Assembly (NCBI GenBank): GCA_938091995.1
Contig: CALKNZ010000027.1
Location: 3,150 to 67,149 of the forward strand
DNA from: an uncultured Luminiphilus sp.
Lineage (GTDB): Bacteria; Pseudomonadota; Gammaproteobacteria; Pseudomonadales; Halieaceae
Length of the DNA: 64,000 nucleotides
Direction: 5' to 3'
The notes under the pieces were generated by a model. The model saw only the letters and a list, made by a program, of their open reading frames with translations. It made no database searches and was not told where the DNA came from. The position numbers and the translations under genes were made by a program. Below are positions 41,554-51,519 of this stretch, in pieces. Numbering within the stretch: the first letter of the stretch is position 1; every line of letters starts with the position of its first letter.

Positions 41554-41985
41554 CTAGCGCTGCTCAGAGCTCCAGTTGCCCAAATCGGCACTCTGCCCCT
41601 CCCCGCCAGGTAGGCCGTCGGCCCCATAGCTAAAAATATCGACCTCGCCATTCTCTCCGGGATAAAGATAGAGGTAGTTACGGCCCCAGGGATCCATGGG
41701 AACTTCCTGCAGATAGCCCCCAGCCTTAAAATTGCGCGGCTCGGGAACCAGCGTAGAGGGTTCCACTAACGCCATGAGACCCTGCTCGGTGGATGGATAC
41801 ACATAGTTGTCTAACCGATATATTTTTAGCGCTGTCTCTATGGCTTTAAAGTCGGCCTGGACCTTTTGAATACGGGCATCGTCTGCACTATTGAGAACGG
41901 TCGGTGCCACGACACTAATAAGCAAACCCATAATCACCAACACGACCAAAATTTCTATCAGAGAAAATCCATCCTGATGCTTCAT
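41554..41985 (-). CDS. gspG: Type II secretion major pseudopilin G
   Basis: GFSLIEILVV, YRLDN..YPSTEQGLMALV, DPWGRNY, FSYGADG. Confidence 0.97.
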   Translation of the reverse strand: MKHQDGFSLIEILVVLVIMGLLISVVAPTVLNSADDARIQKVQADFKAIETALKIYRLDNYVYPSTEQGLMALVEPSTLVPEPRNFKAGGYLQEVPMDPWGRNYLYLYPGENGEVDIFSYGADGLPGGEGQSADLGNWSSEQR

Positions 41986-41989
41986 TAAA

Positions 41990-43210
41990 TTACCTCACCA
42001 TTGTGTTCAGATCGAATATGGGCAGTAATATGGCCAGAACAATAAGCAGCACTACCCCCCCCATCAATATCACCATAAGGGGCTCAAACAAACCCATGAC
42101 CGTACCTAAGGTCATCTCCAGCTCACGCTCCTGATTAACTGCCGAGCGCTCCAACATAATTTCTAGCTCCCCAGAGACCTCTCCAGAAGCCACCATATGA
42201 ACCATCATCGGGGGAAAAAAAGCCCCTTGAGATAACGCCTTATTTAAACTTGAGCCTTCTTGAACATTGTTCGCCACCCTGACCGCGGCTTTTCGCAGCT
42301 CGCGGTTGCTCATAACAGAGCCGGCAATATGAAGGGCATCTAGCAGCGGTACGCCACTTGCCATTAAAATACTGAGTGTGGACGAGAATCGAGCTGTATC
42401 AATACCAATCAGTACCGTACCGATGCCGGGTATTCGCAGCAAAAACTGATGCCACTTCAGCTGTCGCTGCGGCTCCTGTAATAAGCGTCGAAGGCCGACG
42501 ACACTCAGCAACAGTCCCACGAGCAAGTAAACCCCAGAGTTCCGCAGGAAATCACTCACAGCAATGAGCCCAACTGTCAGTGGTGGCAGGGCTTTCTTAG
42601 TATGCGTAAAAATTCCGACTAATTCGGGCACCACAAACACCATCAGTGCAGCAACGACGCTCACCGCAACACCCATTAATACAAATGGATATATCAAAGC
42701 CAACTTGAGTTTCTGTGCTGTGAGTTGTCTGTTTTCTGTATACTCTGCGAGCTGCTCCAAAACGGGTGCCAACTGTCCCGCCTGCTCACCGGCGTGCACC
42801 ATAGCTCGGTACATTTCGCCAAAGGCCTGGGGGTACTGGGCCATACCGTTCGCCAAGGTATAACCCTCAGAAACACGAGACCGAACCTCCAAAAGCATCG
42901 ATTTGATACTTGACTTACGTGTTTGCTCTGCTGCGGCCTGCAAGCATTCGTCTAAGGGCAAAGCGGATGCGACCAATGTGGCAAGTTGGCGGGTAATGAG
43001 GGCCAGCTCACCTGCGGACAAGCCGGTCCTAAAAAAAGTGAAGCGTGGGCGTGACTCCTTCGTCATCTTCGCCTCGACACCTCGAACTTCAACGGGTCGC
43101 AATTTCTGCGCCCGCAGCTGGGCCCTCAAATGCCTCTCTGAGTCAGCCTCTAGGACTCCTTTAACCAGCCGGCCCTCAGTATTTAAGGCTTTATAACGAA
43201 AGGCACTCAT
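41990..43210 (-). CDS. gspF: Type II secretion inner-membrane protein F
   Basis: TRQLATLV, MVHAGEQAG, ALIYP, FPPMMVHMVASGE, AILLPIFDLN. Confidence 0.97.
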   Translation of the reverse strand: MSAFRYKALNTEGRLVKGVLEADSERHLRAQLRAQKLRPVEVRGVEAKMTKESRPRFTFFRTGLSAGELALITRQLATLVASALPLDECLQAAAEQTRKSSIKSMLLEVRSRVSEGYTLANGMAQYPQAFGEMYRAMVHAGEQAGQLAPVLEQLAEYTENRQLTAQKLKLALIYPFVLMGVAVSVVAALMVFVVPELVGIFTHTKKALPPLTVGLIAVSDFLRNSGVYLLVGLLLSVVGLRRLLQEPQRQLKWHQFLLRIPGIGTVLIGIDTARFSSTLSILMASGVPLLDALHIAGSVMSNRELRKAAVRVANNVQEGSSLNKALSQGAFFPPMMVHMVASGEVSGELEIMLERSAVNQERELEMTLGTVMGLFEPLMVILMGGVVLLIVLAILLPIFDLNTMVR

Positions 43211-43225
43211 ATTAAGGGTATGACT

Positions 43226-44773
43226 TCACTGGACCGTGGTGACTCGAAGTACTTCCTCAAGGCAGGTCTCACCGGCAATAATTCGACGACGACCATCGGC
43301 ATCAATACCTTGATAATTCTTTCGCGCCTGCGCCAGCATTGCTTGCTCGCTAGCGCCATCGTGGATCATCTCTCGCAACGTTGTGTCAATTTCGATCAAC
43401 TCATAGATCCCAGTACGACCACGATACCCCGTTTCATTACAACTCGAGCAGCCAGTTGCTCGATAAAGCACGGGATCGACAACGTCCGTAAGCTGCAAGA
43501 GCTCACATTCGAGAGAGTTCGGTCGATAGGCTTCTCGACATTCCAAACACAGCAAGCGAACCAGTCGCTGAGCCATGACACCCAACAGGGAAGAAGACAA
43601 CAAAAAAGGCTCTACGCCCATATCCTGAAGGCGTGTTACGGCCCCGATAGCCGTATTAGTATGAAGTGTTGACAGCACAAGGTGCCCAGTCAATGAGGCC
43701 TGCACGGCTATTTCCGCCGTCTCGATATCGCGAATTTCACCCACCATCACAACATCCGGATCTTGGCGCAAAATGGCTCTCAGGCCTCTGGCAAAGGTCA
43801 TATCCACCTTGGTATTCACCTGAGTCTGTCCCACCCCTGGCAACATATACTCAATGGGGTCTTCAATAGTCAGTATATTTCTTGAGCTTTGGTTTATTGA
43901 AGAGAGACCTGCATAGAGTGTTGTCGTTTTGCCCGAGCCGGTTGGACCGGTCACTAAAATAATGCCATGGGGTCGTGCCAAACTTTGACGGTAAGCCTTA
44001 TCGACCTGTTCGTTCATATTTAACTGAGTCAGCTCCAGCTGCCCAGCCTGCTTATCAAGTAATCGCAGCACCACCCGCTCTCCATGGGCGGATGGCATCG
44101 TAGACATGCGAACATCAACCGCATGGCCGGCAATGCGAATAGAAATCCTACCGTCCTGTGGGATACGTTTCTCTGCGATATCCAGCTTGGCCATAACCTT
44201 GAGACGAGAAACAAGCAAAGGCGCCAACATACGCTTCGGAGATAAGATTTCTTTTAAGACACCATCAATGCGATACCTGACACTCAGTCTGTCTTCAAAG
44301 GTCTCAATATGAATGTCTGAGGCCTGATCCTTCACCGCCTGAGATAACACCGCATTAATCAAACGGATAATTGGGGCGTCATCTTCAGCATCCATTAGAT
44401 CCCCGAGATCGGGAATCTCATCTATGAGACGGGCTAAATCAATATCGGCGCCAATATCCTCTGCCATTTGCGCAGCTTCATTTTGAGTCCGTTGATAGGC
44501 CAGCGTGAGCTTTCGCTGGAAGGATTCAACATCGATGACCTGCGGCCTAAACCCGACACCTAAAAATCGACGCACTTCCAGCAGCACGTCAAGCTTCAGT
44601 GGTCCTGTGTGTAACAGTGAATATTCGTTCCCGTCACGTTCTATGAGCACTTCATGGGTCTTGGCGAAACTAAAGGGTAAAGCCGTTGAAACCCCCGGGG
44701 CATCTAGCGGCAGATCTGCGGACAATGCCTCAACACCCAAATCACTCAGCGGGAGTGACTGTTCGTCCATCAC
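43226..44773 (-). CDS. gspE: Type II secretion ATPase E
   Basis: LDIAEKRIPQDGR, GPTGSGKTTTLY, LRQDPDVVMVGEIRD, STLHTN, CxxC...CxxC zinc motif. Confidence 0.98.
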   Translation of the reverse strand: MMDEQSLPLSDLGVEALSADLPLDAPGVSTALPFSFAKTHEVLIERDGNEYSLLHTGPLKLDVLLEVRRFLGVGFRPQVIDVESFQRKLTLAYQRTQNEAAQMAEDIGADIDLARLIDEIPDLGDLMDAEDDAPIIRLINAVLSQAVKDQASDIHIETFEDRLSVRYRIDGVLKEILSPKRMLAPLLVSRLKVMAKLDIAEKRIPQDGRISIRIAGHAVDVRMSTMPSAHGERVVLRLLDKQAGQLELTQLNMNEQVDKAYRQSLARPHGIILVTGPTGSGKTTTLYAGLSSINQSSRNILTIEDPIEYMLPGVGQTQVNTKVDMTFARGLRAILRQDPDVVMVGEIRDIETAEIAVQASLTGHLVLSTLHTNTAIGAVTRLQDMGVEPFLLSSSLLGVMAQRLVRLLCLECREAYRPNSLECELLQLTDVVDPVLYRATGCSSCNETGYRGRTGIYELIEIDTTLREMIHDGASEQAMLAQARKNYQGIDADGRRRIIAGETCLEEVLRVTTVQ

Positions 44774-46857
44774 TGTCCATCTACCTCGTCGGGCATGGAG
44801 CTATCGTCAGTGACAGGCACCTCAGGCAACTGTTGTATTTGTGTCTCCCATTCAGGTAACAGTGGAAGATTACCATCGTCTAAGAACATCACACCCCGCG
44901 CCCGCCTTTCCGCCTGTTGATCACGGATATACCGGTATTTCTCGGCTGTGGCACCTCGTAAGGCTTCATCATCACGAACAATCGTAGGTCGAATGAAAAC
45001 TAATAAATTAGACTTAGTGACGGAGACCACATCGTTTCTAAACAGGCGACCTAGCAGAGGGATATCTTGAAGAAAAGGCACACCTTGCTGGCTATCCTGA
45101 ACATCATCTTTGACCAATCCGCCCAAAACGACGATATCTCCATCCTGTGCCATCACCTTGGTTTCAATTTTACGCTCATTAGTAATCACATCGGCCGCTG
45201 CAAGGAGTTGCTGACTGATACTTGAGACTTCCTGAACAATATCAAGAACCACTGAATCGCCTTCATTTACCTGCGGCGTTACCTTGAGCGTGATGCCCAC
45301 ATTCTCCCGCTCGATTGTCTGGAAAGGGTTCTGCACATTATTAGCGCCCCCCGTGTTGCTATAGGAGCCCGTTACGAAGGGAACATTTTGACCCACTGTG
45401 ATGTAGGCCTCTTGATTATCAAGAGTTAGCAGGCTGGGGGTTGAAAGGATGTTTGCATTACCCTGGGTCTCTAAGGCATTCAAAATGACTGACATTGACA
45501 GATCGTCACCAACCACACCCCACCCCAAGGTCGTACCCGGAACCTGCGATAACGCGCCCGCCAAATCTCTGACACCAATGTCTGCGTTGCTACCGTCTTC
45601 ACCTAAAAGGGCATTACCAATCGCCGCATTGCGTTGCTGCTGTGCAGTGCTGGTGCTGACGTTGCTGCCAAATGCGCCACTGTCATCAGCAAAAATCCAT
45701 TGCAACCCAAACTCTTGGCCTTCAGTGACTTCCATTTCAACAATAATGGCTTCAACCAGCACTTGCGCACGACGAATATCGAGCCGGGCTATGACGGATT
45801 CTAGGGAAGCCATTTCATCTGCATCGGCGGTAATAATGAGCGCATTAGTGCCCTCATCGGCCTCAATTGTGGAATTGGTATTTTGTTTGCGTTCTCCCCC
45901 ACCGTCGAGTCGGCTCATGTTCTGCATGACTCGAGTAAGAACCTCTGCAACCTCCAAAGCATCAGCATATTCAAGGTAGACCACCTTGACGTTACCACTT
46001 TGTACCAAGGGCGTGTCGAGGTAAGTAATGAGCTTTTGAATACGCTGGGCGTTGAGTTCATCTGCAGTGACAACAACGCTATTGGTCCGCTTATCTGCGA
46101 CTAAAATCACTTCGTCGCTGCTCTCGGCACCGTCCCCACGAGACTGTTTTTCAAGGGTTTGCAGCATTTGCACAACGTTTTCAGCAACGGCATAGCGCAG
46201 CTTTATCACCTGTGTATTCTGAACAGCAGAGCTGTCTATACGGCTAATAATTTCGACTATGCGCTGAATATTAGAGGCTATATCCGAAATAATGATGGCA
46301 TTGCTCGGCGCATAGGCCGCCATGTGGGCCTGTTGCGGTACCAGCGGTCGCAAAACCGGGATGAGCTTAGCTGCAGATATGTTTTCGAGACGAATGACTT
46401 GGGTGACATACTCGTCGTTTATGCTCTCCAGTTCACCAGAGGGAACCGCTACTGGCGATGAGCGCGCATCTTTATTGGGTATAACACGAATGACATTGCC
46501 TGTTCGTACTGCCGTATAGCCATGCACATCTAAAATGGAAAGAAACAAGTCATACAACTCGCTCTTGTTGACAGGCCTTGAGGACACAACCTTTATTTTG
46601 CCCTTGACGCTAGGGTCGACCACTATTGTTGCGCCAGTGACGTCGGCAACAAATTTAATCAGCTCTTGTATATCAGTATCTTGCAGGTTGACCGTATATT
46701 CTTGAGCGGAAACAGGTTGGACGCCCAACACAGTAAACGTCACGAGCACAGCAATCAGTGACACGAAAAAACGCCTGATCTTAGAACCCTGGCGTGTTAA
46801 TTCATTGCCTATACGTCTGCACGTCGTCATCAATAACTCTCTGCAGTTGTTCATCAC
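44770..46857 (-). CDS. gspD: Type II secretion secretin D (start codon uncertain)
   Basis: N0-N3 domains, LDIRRAQVLVEAIIVE, ILSTPSLLTLDNQEA, VGQNVPF, PFLQDIPLLGRLF. Confidence 0.97.
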   Translation of the reverse strand: MMNNCRELLMTTCRRIGNELTRQGSKIRRFFVSLIAVLVTFTVLGVQPVSAQEYTVNLQDTDIQELIKFVADVTGATIVVDPSVKGKIKVVSSRPVNKSELYDLFLSILDVHGYTAVRTGNVIRVIPNKDARSSPVAVPSGELESINDEYVTQVIRLENISAAKLIPVLRPLVPQQAHMAAYAPSNAIIISDIASNIQRIVEIISRIDSSAVQNTQVIKLRYAVAENVVQMLQTLEKQSRGDGAESSDEVILVADKRTNSVVVTADELNAQRIQKLITYLDTPLVQSGNVKVVYLEYADALEVAEVLTRVMQNMSRLDGGGERKQNTNSTIEADEGTNALIITADADEMASLESVIARLDIRRAQVLVEAIIVEMEVTEGQEFGLQWIFADDSGAFGSNVSTSTAQQQRNAAIGNALLGEDGSNADIGVRDLAGALSQVPGTTLGWGVVGDDLSMSVILNALETQGNANILSTPSLLTLDNQEAYITVGQNVPFVTGSYSNTGGANNVQNPFQTIERENVGITLKVTPQVNEGDSVVLDIVQEVSSISQQLLAAADVITNERKIETKVMAQDGDIVVLGGLVKDDVQDSQQGVPFLQDIPLLGRLFRNDVVSVTKSNLLVFIRPTIVRDDEALRGATAEKYRYIRDQQAERRARGVMFLDDGNLPLLPEWETQIQQLPEVPVTDDSSMPDEVDGQ

Positions 46858-47885
46858 TCTGCGGTCCCCGCCCGTAAACTCACAGCGAGCGATAGTGGAA
46901 CACCGTCCCGCTCTATATCAAAAGTTATTTCCTGCGCATCACGCAGCATTCCGTAAAGTCGGGCGCCATTTGAGGCATCAAGCAACGACAACCCATTAAC
47001 GCCTATTATAAGGTCGTTTGGCTTAAACCCCATCGATTGAAAATCCTCAACATTTTTTGCAGGCGTTATTCGATAACCCAACAATCCACTAGAGCCTTGC
47101 ACCGGTTGAATCTTTAGCAAATCAGAGACCGATTCGGGTTTTTCATAAAACTTCTCAAGGTAGCCCGCGGCCACTTTGGCGCCTTGCTTGGAGACCGACA
47201 ACGTTGTGGCAGAGAATGGTCGAGGGCTAGTCTCAGCTGGCTGGGGGACTTTTACGGACGCAGATTTAGCGGTTATACCAAAGGATGTTGAAGTCTCATC
47301 AAACAATTGCAGCAATTCGTAAGTGCCGCTGTTATCCAAAACTACCCGCGTTGGTAACACCTTTGCGAGCCGCACCCGAGCAGCAATAGGAAGTTCATCT
47401 CCTACAGCAAAAGTAATCTGTCGACCTTTGACTTCAATAACGGCTGTACCCATATCAGGCTCAGTTCCTGCAAGGGTGCCAACCAACTTAAGATCAAGCT
47501 GCGTGTCCCGCGCGCCTTCTTCAATACCATCAGGCGCGGCCTCAGGCATCAACTCAACCTCATTGAGGTCAGTGATATCAGTCGCCGTACCAAACAATCC
47601 AAGGCCAAGCATCCCTTCAAGCACCACCTGCTTGTCTGCAGACCGTTTTGCAACAGGAATCGCTGGATTAACCACAAAGGCCGGCATGGGCGCTACGTTT
47701 GAAGAGGGCAAAAAAGCCCAGACTATTGCAGAAGCACTAAAAGCCGCCCAAATCAAAAGTAAAACAACCGCCGACGACTGAAGCCGCACTGGCAAACTCA
47801 GTGAACCCATGCGCAGGGCTGCCGCCATAAACTGCGTTCTCAGCTCACTGACCTTTTCGTCAGATTTACTCACAGTGCCCAACAT
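46854..47885 (-). CDS. gspC: Type II secretion protein C (HR + PDZ)
   Basis: TM, TQLDLKLVG homology region, RVVLDNSG, C-terminal PDZ (GYRITP, DLIIGVNG). Confidence 0.9.
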   Translation of the reverse strand: MLGTVSKSDEKVSELRTQFMAAALRMGSLSLPVRLQSSAVVLLLIWAAFSASAIVWAFLPSSNVAPMPAFVVNPAIPVAKRSADKQVVLEGMLGLGLFGTATDITDLNEVELMPEAAPDGIEEGARDTQLDLKLVGTLAGTEPDMGTAVIEVKGRQITFAVGDELPIAARVRLAKVLPTRVVLDNSGTYELLQLFDETSTSFGITAKSASVKVPQPAETSPRPFSATTLSVSKQGAKVAAGYLEKFYEKPESVSDLLKIQPVQGSSGLLGYRITPAKNVEDFQSMGFKPNDLIIGVNGLSLLDASNGARLYGMLRDAQEITFDIERDGVPLSLAVSLRAGTAE

Positions 47886-48052
47886 AGCTCCATCTAGGGT
47901 TTTTACCCTGTGGGGTTATTCATTAGTTTAGAAACACTGAGGATTTCGGCAATCACTGCCACAACATCAGTGCAGTACAGTCGCGCCCCATGTTTCATTT
48001 TCGTCGAATACAAGGGGCCGGGGAACGCATTCTAACTCATCTATGTGACATC

Positions 48053-49207
48053 TTATTGAAGTTGTGCAGCCTTAGTGATTTTTACCTCACCAGCAATATT
48101 GCAAGTACTCGCTTGTAAGACAGATTCCAGCATCATTCCCGATAACTCAGAAATCGCGCGACCGGGGTACTCCCTAGGGTTGACTGACGCCCAGCTCACA
48201 TTGGGTCTGATTTCAATAGATCCGCCCGTTCCGTCGTCCAGTAAATCTCGACTGAGCTCCTCTTGATAACGCTCACCAATAGCCTCTATAGAATCGGGGT
48301 GGGCTTCAGTGACTACAACACCAAAACACATAGCGTCGACACGACCCACGGCATCAGTGGCACGCAATCCTCCTGCAATCTTATGTGCCACCTCACTCAA
48401 AAGCCGACCCTGAATGTGCTGTTGCGATAGATTGGCCATTCCTTCCAAACCACACAGTCGAATAGAGACCAACGCGACATGTCGTCCAGCTCTGCGAGCA
48501 CGACCAATCTCGCGATCCAGGTCCCGGGTAAAACCTTCTCTATTAGCCACCCGGGTCAAAGGATCAACAAGCATTAGTTCAGAAGTCAGCTGAGCCCCCG
48601 TTGACAAGCGCAGAGCGACAGGAACCAAGCTCATAAAATCAAAGATCAGCTCGAGATCACCGACATGACTGGTCAAGTCAAGCCGGGGCGATTTAAAGTG
48701 AAAGCTTCCAACAATGTGACCGCGCTCAACCGCGGGGACAACGAACACGTCTTTACGAGCCGTGCTGTGGGCAAAAATACCAAGATCAACAATTTCAGCA
48801 TCGGCAATACTTCGTGGAGAGACTTGCTCCTTGTATATAGACGTGATTTTCGTCGAATCAGGTGTCAGCATTAGCAGGCCGCTCAAATCCGGCGCATCGC
48901 CAAGACTACTCCCAAGCATACCCACTGGATCATGCAACCAAAATTCAACCTGCTCACAGCCCAATACCCGACTGATCCCCGAGAAAAAAGTCTCAAGCAG
49001 GACCGAGGGTCTGTTTGATTCAAGCATATCGCTATAAAGCGAAGTGAGCGCACGTGCGAGATAACGACTCACTTCAACATGCTCCTCCAGCGCTACGGGG
49101 CTTGGGGTCTGTACAGGAAGACCTGGCGTAATTTCCTCCACCGAATACCCCGAGCTACCGCGTTCACCGATGTTTCCGTCTTCCCGCTCGCTCATAGGCT
49201 GCCTCAA
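48053..49207 (-). CDS. GAF-like + degenerate GGDEF-domain protein
   Basis: DPLTRVANREGF and LRATDAVGRVDAMCF align to the GGDEF fold; signature replaced by DAMCF; start may be ATG 49195. Confidence 0.8.
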   Translation of the reverse strand: MRQPMSEREDGNIGERGSSGYSVEEITPGLPVQTPSPVALEEHVEVSRYLARALTSLYSDMLESNRPSVLLETFFSGISRVLGCEQVEFWLHDPVGMLGSSLGDAPDLSGLLMLTPDSTKITSIYKEQVSPRSIADAEIVDLGIFAHSTARKDVFVVPAVERGHIVGSFHFKSPRLDLTSHVGDLELIFDFMSLVPVALRLSTGAQLTSELMLVDPLTRVANREGFTRDLDREIGRARRAGRHVALVSIRLCGLEGMANLSQQHIQGRLLSEVAHKIAGGLRATDAVGRVDAMCFGVVVTEAHPDSIEAIGERYQEELSRDLLDDGTGGSIEIRPNVSWASVNPREYPGRAISELSGMMLESVLQASTCNIAGEVKITKAAQLQ

Positions 49208-49220
49208 ATCTCCTTCGTTT

Positions 49221-49249
49221 TTGTGGATAACCCCTAGATCCCCTATACT
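49221..49249 (+). promoter_or_regulatory. Putative sigma70 promoter for the TPP riboswitch operon
   Basis: TTGTGG (49221-26), 17 nt, TATACT (49244-49); predicted start falls at the 5' end of the riboswitch. Confidence 0.55.
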
Positions 49250-49253
49250 GCCA

Positions 49254-49345
49254 CTGTACCTGCGGGGTGGCTAGCGCCTGAGATACCGAAAATTAGTCGG
49301 TAAACCCGTTGAACCTGAACCGGATAACGCCGGCGTAGGGACAGG
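49254..49345 (+). ncRNA. TPP (THI-box) riboswitch
   Basis: GGGGTG...CTGAGA...ACCCGTTGAACCTGA.CCGGATAACGCCGGCGTAGGGA consensus core; P1 CTGTACCTGC/GTAGGGACAG. Confidence 0.96.
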
Positions 49346-49404
49346 CTTTGTTGTCAACAGTGACGCTGTGGGCCTGTTCTATCCCGGATAAGTGAGAAAA
49401 TGGG

Positions 49405-51498
49405 ATGCCAACACGCTCAACCAAACCCGCCCGAGGACCATGTTTCGCGACCTTCACCGTCACGCTACTCACGATTTTTTCTGGCCTAGCCTCCTCCACA
49501 GCTCTCGAAGAGATTGTTGTTTCGGCAACTCTCAGACCAGCTCACGGAGAACAGCGCTCGATCACCGTTTTTGATCAGACTGCAATTAATGCACGATCAG
49601 CTCAACACCTCGAGGAGCTTTTATCTGCTGCCCCCAACGTAAACAGTGCCAGCGGTGCATCCCGAGGGCGCTTTATCCAAATCCGAGGGGTTGGCGAGCG
49701 CAGTCAATTCGTTGAACCGGTCAATGCCTCTGTCGCGATGCTGCTTGACGGCATTGACCTGACCGGCTTGGGGGCCGCAGCGACCACATGGGACATCCAG
49801 CAGATAGAGATTTTGCGCGGGCCTCAGGGCACTTTACTGGGGGCCAATGCGCTCGCTGGGCTGATCAATCTTAGCTCAACCGCCGCCGACAATAGCGGAT
49901 ATAAGCTGGCGATAGGGGCTGAAAATAACGGTGGCAGTCGGTTGGCGGCTGCTGGTGGAGTCAAGCTAAGCGACACCATTTCTGGGCGACTAGCCATAGA
50001 GCAATACCGTAGTGATGGTGCTATTAATAACACCTATCTGAATCGAACCGACACTCAGAAAAAAGATGAACTCACTGTGCGAGGAGGCCTTCTCTGGCAA
50101 GGCGATGGACAGAGAATTGAAGCCAACTGGCATTTTTTCGATATAGATAATGGCTACGACGCATTTTCCCTAGATAACAACCGCAACACGCTGTCGGACG
50201 AGCCAGGGCGCGACACCTTGCAAACCCATGCTGGCCGATTAAAGTGGAGCTCTCAGGGGGTCGTGAATCTCTCTGCACAAATTAGCGCTGCCGACACCGA
50301 CACCGAGTACGCCTACGATGAGGATTGGGCCTATATCGGGATTGCGCCCGCCCTTGAATACAGCTCCTTCGATACTTACTTACGCGATCGCGATATGCAC
50401 AGTCTGGAAGTTCGTGCAGACAGAGATCATCAAGGGTGGCGCTGGACTGCAGGTGCCTACATTAAACGTGAACGCGAAACGCTCACGCGTCAATACACAT
50501 ACCTCGAAAATGACTTTAACAGTTTACTAACCGTTGATACTGGTGCCGTGTTTGGGCAACTTGATTTTAATCTTACAGACACAGTGACGGGCTATTTGGG
50601 AGGACGATTAGAGCAGCGTAAAGGGGATTATGCCGATAGCCTCGAGGTCAAAAGTACTATGACAGACCACCTCTGGAGCGGGCGCCTTGGAATTGACTGG
50701 GCTCCATCTAGCCAGCAAAGTTTTTACTTAAGTGTCAGTCGTGGTGTCCGTGCTGGCGGTCCTAACAGCACCTTGCTATCCAGCCTGCCTACGCTTGACA
50801 GCGGCGAGAACGGGCTCCCCGAAAACTTTGCGCGGTTTGATGAGGAGTTTCTAATTAATACGGAGCTGGGGTGGCGATGGCAGAACACCGAAGGAACGTT
50901 GCAAAGCGCCCTGACCCTGTTTTCCATGGAACGGAGAGACCAACAAGTTAAACAATCACTGAACGTTGCCAGGGAAGATGGCAGTACACAGTTCATAGAA
51001 TATACCGACAACGCCGCAAAAGGGCATAACCGTGGTGTCGAGTGGGGAGGCACTTGGTCTCCCAGCCCAGCACTGCAGTTAAAGGCCTCTCTAGGCTATC
51101 TCAGGGCCCGCTTCGACACGTACCGTACTGCCGACGGACAGGATCTCTCGGGGCGGGCTCAGCCTCAGGCACCTGAATGGATGGGTAGCGCGGGAGTCAG
51201 ATGGACCATAACGGAGAACTGGTTAGCGGGCGCCGAGTTCACCGCTATGGATAGCTACTTTTTTTCCGATCGACACACGGCACGCTCTCCCGCACGACAA
51301 ATCGTCAACGCACATCTCGACTGGACCAGCGGCAACTGGCGAATCTCGTTATGGGGACGTAATCTGTCCGACGAGACCTATTACACTCGAGGCTTCGGTA
51401 GCTTCGGTAATGATCCCCGCAAGGGCTACATTGTGGAGCCTTATTATCAATATGGTGAGCCTCGCACCTACGGCATTACGCTAAGCTATGATCGCTAA
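49405..51498 (+). CDS. TonB-dependent receptor, probable thiamine (or precursor) uptake
   Basis: Signal peptide, TonB box LEEIVVSA, plug IRGVG and IEILRGPQGTL, C-terminal GRNLSDETY...EPRTYG; directly under a TPP riboswitch. Confidence 0.9.
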   Translation: MPTRSTKPARGPCFATFTVTLLTIFSGLASSTALEEIVVSATLRPAHGEQRSITVFDQTAINARSAQHLEELLSAAPNVNSASGASRGRFIQIRGVGERSQFVEPVNASVAMLLDGIDLTGLGAAATTWDIQQIEILRGPQGTLLGANALAGLINLSSTAADNSGYKLAIGAENNGGSRLAAAGGVKLSDTISGRLAIEQYRSDGAINNTYLNRTDTQKKDELTVRGGLLWQGDGQRIEANWHFFDIDNGYDAFSLDNNRNTLSDEPGRDTLQTHAGRLKWSSQGVVNLSAQISAADTDTEYAYDEDWAYIGIAPALEYSSFDTYLRDRDMHSLEVRADRDHQGWRWTAGAYIKRERETLTRQYTYLENDFNSLLTVDTGAVFGQLDFNLTDTVTGYLGGRLEQRKGDYADSLEVKSTMTDHLWSGRLGIDWAPSSQQSFYLSVSRGVRAGGPNSTLLSSLPTLDSGENGLPENFARFDEEFLINTELGWRWQNTEGTLQSALTLFSMERRDQQVKQSLNVAREDGSTQFIEYTDNAAKGHNRGVEWGGTWSPSPALQLKASLGYLRARFDTYRTADGQDLSGRAQPQAPEWMGSAGVRWTITENWLAGAEFTAMDSYFFSDRHTARSPARQIVNAHLDWTSGNWRISLWGRNLSDETYYTRGFGSFGNDPRKGYIVEPYYQYGEPRTYGITLSYDR

Positions 51499-51519
51499 AA
51501 CCCCTACAGGAGCTCTGTT

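Noticed and set aside
41553-41651. Apparent 98-bp gspG/gspH overlap
   Set aside because: GTG at 41552 gives a normal prepilin leader without overlap.
44400-44773. MshEN c-di-GMP-binding motif in GspE
   Set aside because: N-terminus lacks the RLGxxL repeat motif.
49222-49230. Perfect DnaA box TGTGGATAA over the riboswitch promoter -35 (another at 19711-19719 inside scpB)
   Set aside because: Isolated 9-mers with no cluster or unwinding element; compatible with chance in 64 kb.
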